Origin: Paragordius varius
Lineage: Eukaryota; Animalia; Nematomorpha
DNA length: 64,000 bases
Assembly: GCA_964247055.1 (NCBI GenBank)
Contig: OZ176053.1
Location: 8,432,001-8,496,000 of the forward strand
Reading direction: 5' to 3'
Positions 1-11,800 of the stretch are shown in pieces. The notes beneath the pieces are model-generated. The model ran no database searches. It was not told where the DNA came from and saw only the letters and a list, made by a program, of their open reading frames with translations. Position 1 is the first letter of the stretch. Each line of letters opens with the position of its first letter. Both the position numbers and the translations under genes were made by a program.

Positions 1-819
1 CACAAATCTATATAATAAAAATGCGATTTTTATAAATTACTAGTTATTAATATAAAAAACTTGTTTACATATAGGTAGATGTTTAATTTAACTAAATAAG
101 TTTATGTAGAAGAATATTTTCGTTAACAAAGGATCATAGACATTTTATATTTTTACAATATATTTTTAAGTATTATAATAATTTTTGGATTGAATGTAAA
201 TAAGCTAAATTATTCTCCCTTTTTATACATTATTCTATGACAGGACTTATTTTATGCTAATAGTTCCTTTCCAATTTTATATAAAGGTCAAATAGCTCCT
301 AAAATTTAATAAGAAATTACAACCGTTTTACGAAAACATGGTTTCAAACAGCTCTTAAATTAATTTTTCATTCTGTATTTTTTTATATATTGTATTTTAT
401 TTATATAAAAATTATAAGTTTTTGCTGCCCTATTATATTTTATTGTTACATATTTTAAAAATAATTATATAAAAAATTTAAAGGGTAAAATTTTTTTTTC
501 GAACCACAACCATAAAAATATGATTAGGAAAAATCGGAACCGGTGCCAATCCAATTAATTATATGCATTAACTAAATTTATAAGCAATTTTGCCAACACT
601 ATTTTATGTTTAAAAAGTTTTTTGAATGACAGACCTAATAGGCTGTTAAGTGTATATTTACCGCGAAATTAGAAATTTTTGATTTTTAATTTACAAATTC
701 ATTTTCTCGAAAAGTAAAATAGTTAATTATATTGTTTTATTGCATTATATAACATTAGTAAATACAAAATAATAAACTATAAATGATTCAAGGGCAAAAA
801 AGATGGACAATAAAAACAT

Positions 820-1210
820 AATAACAATTTTTGGAAAATAAATGACTAGAATATCACTTATTCAGAGGTAAAACTTAAAGGTAAAAATTTAGCCAACATG
901 ATATGTGTGCATAAGCTAAATATAAAAATAATGCAAAATAAACCACTTTTTATGTTTATATCTATGTTAAATGTGATTCAAAATGACTTTATTTTAGGCT
1001 TAAAATCAAATAAACACGATATTTTGCAAAAATATGAAATAATATCTTCCAAGTAGTTTAATATGGAAAATTTTATTTAGATATTCTGGCTTATTTATAT
1101 ATTTTTTATTAGAATAGAAGTATAAATTTAAATTGGGACTGTTTCTTTCATAAGTTTTTTAAAAATATTAACTTAAATTTAGTCTGGGGTACCAATGAAT
1201 CGAAGTGTTC
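820..1210. mobile_element. Partial copy of the MITE family also found at 38874-39431, in the last visible FNTA intron
   Basis: taaaacttaaaggtaaaaatttagccaacatgat (~870) and ttgggactgtttc...ttagtctggggtaccaatgaatcgaagtg (1130-1207) align by eye to 39050 and 39340-39427. Confidence 0.6.
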
Positions 1211-1223
1211 CGTAATAAATTAC

Positions 1224-2783
1224 CTGGCAAATAGTGGTCAGTGTTTGGTTCTTTGATTCTCCATCATTTGCCAACAATTTTTCATAGGCAAATATCAAGA
1301 AATCATTCAAATATATCGAATTATTCGAGGAAAAAGTGTTGTTAACCCAGTCAATCAGTCCTTGGATTACACCAGTAAGATCATCCAAATTCGTTATTTC
1401 ATTACATAAACTTTGCAAAATACGATATTATCAATAAATATGGTTATAAAATAAACAAATTCAAAGAATAAATATTAGTGAAAAGTAATAATATCAATTT
1501 ATAAATAATTTTTTTCCCATTCTTAAAACTAATTAAAAGAGTTAAATAAACTATTTCATAAAGTTTTTATGTAAGAATAAACACCAACAAACTTTACAAT
1601 TCAAAATGCACCCGAATAATATTTTAATTTAAAATTACTCAATGATAGCCCAACAAAGATATGGGTAAAGATTATTCATAAAAACAAGGATGATTTCGAT
1701 CGGACAAAAAATACTAATTGTGTAACCACTTATACCAATGCATTCATTGGCGTTAAGCAATCATATAAATGCATAAATACCAAACAAAATAGATGATATT
1801 TGGATTAAAATTTTAAAATCAAAGTTAACATTTTTACCGTTAAATCGTTTTTACTATTAATATATCGCGTAATGCTCAGATGTTTAAATAATTTTGACTG
1901 TTTGAAATCGGTGACGATCACGATTAAATGCATATGTAACTTTAAAACCCATAAGAAACACAAATTTGTAAAAAAGTCAAATAATTAGCTTATATTATTT
2001 AAAATATACCCACGTAGATAATTCCAAGAACTTTCATTATCAATAATTTTTTGTATACTATTTTGTGTAAATCTTTATTAATATAAAAATTAGTAAATTA
2101 CTTGATTTCATTAATTATTGTATCTAAAGAAAAGCCCTTCATTTCCTTAATAGAATAAAATCGGTGATTCCAAGCAGAATTATTTTTCATATCTTTTTGT
2201 ATCATTTTGCAAGTGAAAGACTCCTCTTGATCCCACATATTATAGGTTTTATTTAACCAAAATCAAATAAACAATATTATTGAAGAAATTACCTATATTG
2301 CCATGCATGGTAATTTTTACTATCATCAGCAAGTATTTTGTCCAAAAAATCATATTCATTATCAATAAAATTTAATTTCTTGATTACAATTGTTCGATGA
2401 TGCCTACACTAATATATTTTTGAATACCATAATTGGTAATTTTTGGTGTGAGATTGTAATAAGGCGTTTGTGAATTCCAATTCTTCCATCCAATCGCCAG
2501 GTAACTGATCTAAAACATATCTCCTATAATTCCAAACGGTATAATTTGCTGGATTTAGTAAAATGCAATCTTTGGTTAAGCTTAAGGCTCTTGAGCTAAC
2601 TTCATTAGTTTTTAACAAAGCCCTGAGGTATCCATAAGATTCTTTGACTAAAATAAACCAGAAAATCGTACATTCTTTTGAAAAATTTATGGTTAGAACG
2701 TCAAAATTCCTATCATTTTGTGGAATAGGTTTAACATCTTTCCAATCCTCTTTTTTGTATCTATCAGCAATGTGATTACTCAT
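1224..2783 (-). CDS. FNTA: Protein farnesyltransferase/geranylgeranyltransferase-I alpha subunit; last exon(s) not located
   Basis: Exons 2783-2672, 2647-2428, 2403-2293, 2263-2102, 2072-2010 and 1410-1224 join in consistent phase. Translation gives PFTA repeats: NPANYTVWNYRR, KNYQLWHHR, KNYHAWQYR, KNNSAWNHRF, NESSWNYLRG. Introns are 24, 24, 29 (ends TG), 29 and 599 nt; a further GT donor follows at 1223. Confidence 0.93.
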
Positions 2784-2836
2784 ATGATTAAATGAATGGA
2801 CATATTGAGCGGTGATCTTAAAACTTCAAAAACGGG
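2784..2836. promoter_or_regulatory. Putative bidirectional promoter / shared 5' region of FNTA and REV3L
   Basis: Only 53 bp separate the two divergent ATGs. No TSS data. Confidence 0.55.
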
Positions 2837-5800
2837 ATGAAAAAGATAAGGGTCGTTGATTGTGATTATTTGATGGCAAAAATAGACAGGACTTCACCAT
2901 TTTACACCCAAAAAACTTTGAATAAAAGTGTTCCTGTGATACGAATATTTGGAAATGATACAAATACTGGTAATACATGTTTTAATTATGTTAGGGATGA
3001 ATATATGTACTCACATATATGGATATTATCCATATGTCACAATTAAATTAACCTTTGAAGAGAATATAATTAGTGATGTTTTAAAATCTTTGGAAAATTT
3101 ATTGAATTCCAAGTATAAAACAGCCCGAATCCATGATTATGCTATAGTAAAAGCCAAGTATTTCACTTAATTATTATGTAGATCTATATATGGTTATCAT
3201 AATTTAGAGGAATGTTTTCTAGAAATTAAGCATTATAATCCTATGGATTGCAAAAAAATTTCAGATATTTTAGTTAAAGGGGAATTGGGTTTTGCCATTC
3301 AACCCTATAATATTCACATTCCTTATTTATTAAAGGTACGTAAGATAATATATTTCAAGTTTTTTATTGACTACAATATTTTTGGAATGAACTGCCTCAT
3401 AGTGGACGAAACAAAAATATCGAGCATTTCAGAGTAATTTCTTTATACTGTTACCTTAAATATTATTTATTTATGCAGAATTCTAAAACAAGGGCGCCAA
3501 TATTACGTTATAGTTATCTATCATTTATGTAAATGACCAATCATATAATTAGAAATTTAATTTGGTATTCTTAAATAATTTTAAATAAAAACGATATTAA
3601 TTTATTATATTGCGGTTTAATTTATATTTTTAATCTATTTACTCAATCAATCTTATCACAGTTTTTTTGCTATTTTGATTCATAAATTAAAAAGATTTCC
3701 TTAAACTAATTTTTTTATACCACTGTTTGTCTCACAACATAAAACCACCATTTATATATTTTACATTTTTTGGCAAAATTTTAAGAGATAATACAGAATT
3801 ATTTGCATGGGAAAACGCCATTATAAATCCAACCATGATTTCCCTAAAATACATGGGACTCAAAGATATTGAAAAGGATTGCCAATTACTTGAACGTCAA
3901 TTTCATATTGCACCCAAAGTTAGCGCTCAAAATACTGAAAGTATCATCAAATTATATTTTTTTACCTAATATGATTTGAAAATTGTGATATTATAAAATT
4001 TGGATTATCTAGGAAATATAAAAACACTACCGTCCGAAGAAACTTGGAAGCAAAAGCTAGATGGAATATTCGCTCCACATTCTAATGGTATGTAAAATAA
4101 AATATTTATTTTGCTTTATTTTATAGGTGGATATTTTTAAATTTGTACTATTTTTTGGAAATATGTTGGAATGAACGTGTATTTTCGTTTATTGCGACTA
4201 AACTTTCTTTAACATAAAGTAAAAGAATATCTCATAAAAAAGGAACATATTTATAATATTAAAAAAATCATTAATGCTATTATTTTTCAGATAAAACTCC
4301 TGACTCATTGCGTCACACCAAATCATATACGTCTAATGTGAGTACTTCAAGTCTGCATGTATCAGAACCCGTAGACGATTCTGAAAGTCAAATTGACCAA
4401 TACATTAAAACGCTGTATGATGAGGATATAGATTTAGAAGCTTCAATATACGGTTCCCATAATATGGATGATATATTGGAACATTATGTTACGACATCTA
4501 CTAATGATGAAGAGTTCTCGTTTAATACGTCTTTGAATGCTGATCTGCTCACCACCTCATACCGTGCAAATATTGTGCCATTAAATAATAAACCGGAAAA
4601 ATATGAATTACTCCAACTTGATGGGCAAATTGGTAAACTTTAGCTAGGGAGTTAAATAAGGTGGCTTGAAGAATTAATTTTTTAAATCAATCAAATGAGA
4701 ATTTCCTAAGTAGGTATTAAGATTAACGGTTTCGGTTTGTTTTTTTAATAAAAGCCTTATTTCTTTTACTCAAGCTTTGGGGAGAACAATATAAACAATC
4801 TAAAGAAATCTAATTATTTTTCCTCGTTTTTAATACATTTTTATACATATTTTTTATGCCTTTAAATGGTTAAATATATTATAGATGGATTTACAAAAAG
4901 AAAAGCACGAAAAGTGAAATCGCATGCAAATTTAGTAACGTATTATCCATCCCTTAAACTCAACCCTCAATCTAGTCAAGATATAAAAAATCAGGTATCT
5001 TTATTTTTTATTGCTTTTTTAATGTTGTAATTTTGGATCAACTAAATTTTTACTTGATAATTTTCGTTTGATTTAATTTGATCAAACATGTTAATGAAAA
5101 TAATGAATTTAGTTTAATCCTCTCACATTGATTCTATCACTTTTTGACAATTAATATCTTGTGATACTTCTAATTATTTTTTTAGGTCACATTTTTAATT
5201 TGATAAATCATCATTATAATTGCTAAATTTTACCCAATAAATGTATAACTTATTTTATAGATTTAAATATATATCTTTATTGTTTCCAAGATAACCACAT
5301 CATCACCCAAAGATAATAAAATAAATTCGATGAAATCGATCAAAAAATTATCATCAAAACATGCATCAATAAATGCCATTATCCCTTCCCCCATTTTTTC
5401 GAGCAATCAACCGGACTCACATTTACTTGAAACAAACTTGGCATTTATCGATAAAATTGATACATCTTTAAGTCAATTAAGTCAAAATTTGTCACCAGAT
5501 AATACCAACACGACTAAACCAGAATTAACTATTACCCGACGAGTCCTTAGGTCTTCAACCCAAAAATCGATTGGTGATATGTTACCAATAGTTAAAAAAC
5601 AAAAACATATAATGATGATGGATAAAAAGAGTCCTATTGTTAAAAATGTCAGTGCTGTCAAATGTTTTGATAATTCAAAAATTACATGTAAACAAATAAA
5701 ATCTAAATCTCAGAAAGAAGTTACAAAGTTTGAAGAAAGGAATAGTGATATAAGTATAAATACATTGAAAAAATCAAAATCAGACTCTCAAGATAAAGAT

Positions 5801-8800
5801 TTAAATACTGACACGCAAAAACAAAATGTTAGAAATACCACTAATTTTCAATCAAAGAACACAACCAACGATTATTTAAAAGACATTGTAAAATTTGTTT
5901 ATACAGATAGTGATAAACGAGGATTATTAAATATTAGGTACGATATTTTAGCTATTTAATTATTTATTTAATTAATAATTTATTTTTGTATAATTTATTT
6001 TAGACCACTGTACTTAGATAATGCTAAACCACAATATATATCGGTAATTTATATTATTACTTTTGCATTTTAAAGCATCATTGAATTTATTTTTATATAT
6101 TTCATATCACTGTTTTGAACATCAATATTTATAATTATAATTTAGAATGCAGAATATACTGATATATGCGGTGAAAAAATAACTCCTTATCAATCAAAAC
6201 AGCTCAATGCAGTAAATATAATTTTATACTTTTCGAAATTTTGGATGAAATATTTTATATTTTTTTTTAATTTAATTTTTGGCATCAATTAATTTTTTTA
6301 TATTTTTAATAGCCAAACTTTGTACATGATTTAAGTTTAACCAATCTTCAAGTCTGTTCTATGTTACAAGATACACCCCAACAGTTAAACAACATTGAAT
6401 TACAAAAAGTACTATAATTATACCATTTACAGTTCAAATTCACCCTTAAACAATTCAAATTCACCCTTGAACAATTCAAATTCACCCTCGAACAATTCAA
6501 ATTCACCCTAAAAATAAATTATGTGTTTTCGAACTAATATAACTCATTATTAATATAAAATATACCTTTATGCCATAATTAATTATTTTTTTCAGTATTA
6601 TTTTAATTTAAAACAAAATTTTATTTTTTAAAAATATATTAAAATATAGGTAATTTTTAATCTTAAAAAACATGTTATTTATTTGAGGGTGAATTTGAAT
6701 TGTTCAAGGGTGAATTTGAATTGTTCGAGGGTGAATTTGAATTGTTTAAGGGTGAATTTGAACTGTAAATGGTATATTTTTATATATTATTGTTTGATAC
6801 AGAATTTAAACTTCTTATTGAATTTGGAGTAAAAAATAACGTTTATTCGATATATAATAATTACATATCTGGCATACCATATATATATATTATTATATAA
6901 ATTTTTGCTGCTCTCTAGTCAACAAATGTAAGTATATTGCTAAACAATTTTTTAATTTGTCATTTGTTACGTTGTAAATTTAATTTTTGTGTTTAGCCCC
7001 AAAATTTGAAAGTTATGGTCTGTGAAATATTAGTTAAAACACGGGGTGACCTCTTACCAAATCCTGAGTGTGATCCCATACTCATGATTGTTTTTAGTTT
7101 TTATCATCAAACTACCACGGCAAGCGCTACCAATAGCAGTATTATAGTTTTCTTTTTTTTAATTTTACTTTACATATGTTTTTTTTTGCAAAAAAGTGGT
7201 TCTTCGTTAAATAATCCACTTCCATGAATTTGTTACAGAAAAAATCCGATTATATAGGTCTTTGATCCTATGGTTTTAGTTTTGGTTTAAAATTCAAAAA
7301 AAGGAACGAAAGACTAATAAATTTTTTTTTATAGTTGTGTTCTTAAAACGTGTTTTAGAATTTTTTTCTGTTTGGTTCCTCGGTTTCAATAAATAATGGT
7401 TAAGGGTCCACAAAAACCGGTTTTGATCCCTTTGAAATTAGGATTTTGTTTTTTTTGCAATGAAAAACTTCATCCAGGGAAATGTATGTATAATAGTGTG
7501 TATCTAGATAAGTTGCGGGATATTACTCTAGTTTACAGTAATTAAGATATGTTAAAAGTCAATTTCTTATATTATCAAATTTTATGTTTTATATTTGTTA
7601 TTTGCGTTGATAAATTGTTTTTATTTTAATAGTGTTTAAAATACCTACTCTCACCTTTTTCTCCTACATTCAGTTTTTTTATTTTTTATTCTAAAAATGT
7701 TAAATTTACTCTTTTATGTTTTCCTAATAAATTTTTTCCCTATTTGTTCTTGTCCCTAAAAAGGTCAAAACTCATCCGAACGTGTCGAAAAAGGCAATGT
7801 TAATGTCAATGATAACATTTTGAGGCGACAATCCATTTCGTCACAAGAATCAACGCAGCAGCCCCATGATATGTCTCTCTGGGCTTCGTCTTTTAACTCA
7901 GGTAATGAGAGTCCGAATATGGAAAATGATGATACTTTACAAGATTGGGAAATTAACACTGCAGATGACATAAATTTTAATTACAATAAAAACTTGAATG
8001 AGCCAAATATTAATAATGACACACTTAGACTTAACGAAGAACAATGTAATATCAACAATACTGTTTGGAGGATAGATGAAAAAAGTCAAGAGTTAAATCT
8101 TCACAATGGTGTTTTTTGGGTAAAACCTTTATCACACACAGAACATATGGTAAATAATAATAGTTTCAGCAACCATGTTAATAATTTACTTGGGCCAAAT
8201 TTAACGCTCCTTGATTGTGACACTTCTTTTGTACGTGAATGTCGCGATGAAGAACACCTACTTACCACGTTTTATGAATTATTTAATGGTAAAGACATGG
8301 ACCCCGATATACTAGTGGGTTATGAAAATGAACGCTCATCTTGGACATATGTAGCATATCGGGCAAAAGTTTTAGGTTTAATCCCTAAACGTGCCTCTAT
8401 TAATGACTTCCTTTCTCGGCGTTATACATTGCCTGGCAACAAGAAAGATTCTTTGCTACTTACCAAGGATAAAAAACAAATGGTTGATGAACAAAACAGG
8501 GCGAAAAATGGCTTAAATGAAAATGAGCTGGAGGGTATGTTAGAACCCCAATATTCAGATTGGGCAGAATTTTCAAGCATAGCATATTCTGGGAAACCGG
8601 CAGGCCGCATAGTCCTTAATATGTGGAGATTGCTTCGGAAACATTTTGCACTGCATTCATACACATTCGAATCTTTAGCCTCTCAATTGTTGGGCGTAAG
8701 GACAGCTAAATATTCGAACAGGTAAAAATAATATATTTTAAATCAGATGTATTTAATGCAGTTTTAAATCTTTAAAATAGTATAATCTTTTTTAAATTTG

Positions 8801-11800
8801 GTTTGAAATTTTATAAATTTCATTAAGATATCATTTATTGATTTAATGCTCGGTGAATGATTGAGGCTGGAATTAGCTATGTGAATGAGCCATTAGAATA
8901 AGCCGGCGCAAAATTAGCTTTAAAAAACCATATTTTCCTCCTATAATTTAATTAACAAGGTTCTAGAAAGTTTGTGCTACAAAATGGTGGTATTTCTTAA
9001 TTTCTGGCCATAAAACATTTAATCTATTTTAATCATATTCATGTATATGTTTCTAATTAAACAACATGGTATAATTAAACATTGTAGAACATTAAATGAT
9101 TGGTTAACCAATGGAGACAAACACCAATCATCATCAAATTGTGATGTTATTCAAGATTCATTACCTTGCTGTTGTTATTCGCTCGATTCATGGCGTGTCC
9201 TAAGATACTTACTTATTCGAACTGTTGGAGTCCAATGCATGATTGATACCTTGGATATTTTGGATCAAACTGGAGAATTTGCTCGACTGTACGGTATTGA
9301 ATTTCATAATGTTCTACACCGTGGGAGTCAATACAAAGTTGAAAGTATCATGTTACGTATGGCCAAATCACAAGGCTATATTGCCCCGTCTCCTACTCCA
9401 CTCCAAAGAGCTGAGTAAGTCTAACAGCTCTTAAATATATTGATTTTTTGGTAGCTGGTTGGGTATTGCAAAAAATGAATTATATATTGTATCGGTTATT
9501 TTTTATGTTAATAATAATTTCAATAGGAATTGTCTAAATTTAGCAATATCTTATTGTTTAAATTGAATTTTTGTTTACTACGAAAAAACTCTGTCAAACG
9601 CAAGATATAAAATATTAAATAAATAAAAGAATCGGGTGTAATATTATTCTCATTTTTTGACAAATACAGCTAGTCATTCATTAATAACTGTCAAAATATA
9701 TTTTTTATTACATTTCTTATTTTTGCGGTGTCAAAAATTTTTTCTATGCGCACTAACTTTTTGTTATTTAATCAACCTAAAAATACACTTACTTTTTTGT
9801 CTAAATTGTATACATATATATATATTTATTTTCATGATAGAATGACCATGTCTCAAATGATACCAATGGTTCTGGAACCCGAATCGGGGTTTTATGCTGA
9901 CCCTGTGGCTGTTTTAGATTTCCAATCACTTTATCCTTCAATCATTATAGCTTACAATTTGTGTTATAGTACCTGTTTGGGTTACATTGATAATTGGAAT
10001 TTGTCCAAATCTACTTTAAACGCTAAACATAGCACCCATAATAATGCACATTCATCTGAAAATAACATTTATGGGACAAAAACATTCAAATTCGGGTGTA
10101 CTGAATTAACGTTAGATTTGGATCACATAAATGTATGTTAAATTAATTGTAAACTCTTATATAATGATTGAGCATCTACAAATTCGTTAATATTACTTAG
10201 TAATCTTAAAAACATTGAATGATATTATAATATTAACCTTTAATCTTTTTATACTATCTAATTTTCTATTTTTTAGGCTAAATATTTTTGATATAAACAT
10301 GATTTAAAATATTTTATATGCACATACCTAGAGCATAAGAAATGATATTGAAATTTCACCGGTAAATGTTGGCTTTGTCAATAAGCATATACGTGAAGGG
10401 ATACTCCCAGCTATGTTGGAACAGATTCTTATGACACGTATTAGGGTAAAACATATCCTAAAACAGCTAAAAGTTCACCCAAATGCATCTGAACTTAGAG
10501 GTTTTTCTTTTTCCTGCTTAATTTAACATTTGTCCAATCATCTAATATTTTTTAAATTTTCTTAGGTATTATTAAACTATTGAATACACGTCAAATGGCA
10601 CTTAAAATGATAGCAAATGTTACGTTTGGTTACACCTCGGCATACTTTAGTGGTAGGATGCCGTGTGTAGAAATTGCTGATTCCATTTTAAGCAAAGTGA
10701 AGAGCTTTTATTTTTGAATTACCAATGTTTTATTAATAATATTCCCAAAATGATTTAACATTTATACACATATATCCGCATGCATATATAATGAAAACAA
10801 TATTTGGCAAAGTCTTTTAAATTGAAAATTAAATTTAATAATTAATTTAAGTATAAAATTTATCGCATGTACCCCGATTAATTTATCAGATTTTATTGAC
10901 TTTTTTTTACCATTTTAGGCAAGAGAAATTTTACAGACAGCCATAGATTACATCAATAGGGATGTAGATCGTAATGGACGAGTCATATACGGTGATACTG
11001 ATAGCATTTTTGTCCTTTTGAAAAAGCGGTCTCGTGCCCAAGCCTTTGCGATTGGTGAACGATTAGCCAAAGAAATTAGTGCGCTCTACAGGGCACCTAT
11101 TGAGTTAAAGTTTGAAAAGGTTTGATTTTTAGTTCCATTTTTTGCATCTAAAATTAGAAAGCAGGAAATGTTTGATGAATATTATTTAGTTTTCTTTGAT
11201 TGCATAAAATTAAATAAAATTTAAATATTTCGGAAGTTATATTTAAAAGCCGCCGATATATAATATTTTTATGTATTTTATTTAATTTTATACAACGAAG
11301 AATAATAAAATTTATAAATTTCTATATCATGTTATCTTTATTATTATAATAGTGTTAGTTCTTAGACCAGTTATAAAAAGGGCATTAAAATATTGGGACA
11401 TTTTATATATGTTTTTTTGTTTTCAAAGTTATATTATAATACCAATATTATACTTTTGTTAGACACTTGCTTCCAAATAAATTGGTTGGCTTTATGTTTT
11501 TGATTGCTTTTACATATATAAAAGGTCCCTTAAGTTATATAGCCTCTACGTTTTAGCGTTTTACTAATAATTGTTGTTTTATGCAACTATCTCCGTATAT
11601 GAAATGTTTTTCTGAAAATGGGGGATTTAAAAATGCATCTTTTTTTTAATTTATGTATTTTTACATATTTAGAGCTTCTATTTTAACATTGAGGGTACAT
11701 AAATTTTAGGAAATTATATATATAATATTAAAACTTGTCATTATTAATTTACTTTATTGTAATAATTATTACCTTTTAGATTTATCAACCATGTGTTCTG

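Noticed and set aside
90-330. Candidate last exon of FNTA
   Set aside because: Minus-strand frames (YDPLLTKIFFY; ELFDLYIKLERNY) lack the expected D-x-x-R-x-x-Y-W motif or a clean acceptor.
2264-3440. Alternative genetic code, readthrough or programmed frameshifting as the cause of broken ORFs
   Set aside because: Frame changes and stops are all removed by GT-AG excisions at phase-consistent positions, and TAA/TGA end genes normally.
3479-3540. Extra REV3L exon after a 45-nt intron (3434-3478)
   Set aside because: The frame hits TGA and no conserved motif is present; direct splicing to 3786 keeps frame and homology. It cannot be excluded without RNA data.
4995-5290. U12-type intron (donor gtatcttt)
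   Set aside because: The donor lacks the CC of RTATCCTT and there is no TCCTTAAC branch site near the acceptor.
6430-6770. 21-bp repeats as a CRISPR array
   Set aside because: The repeats are contiguous with no unique spacers, are mirrored as inverted arms, and lie in a eukaryotic intron with no cas genes.
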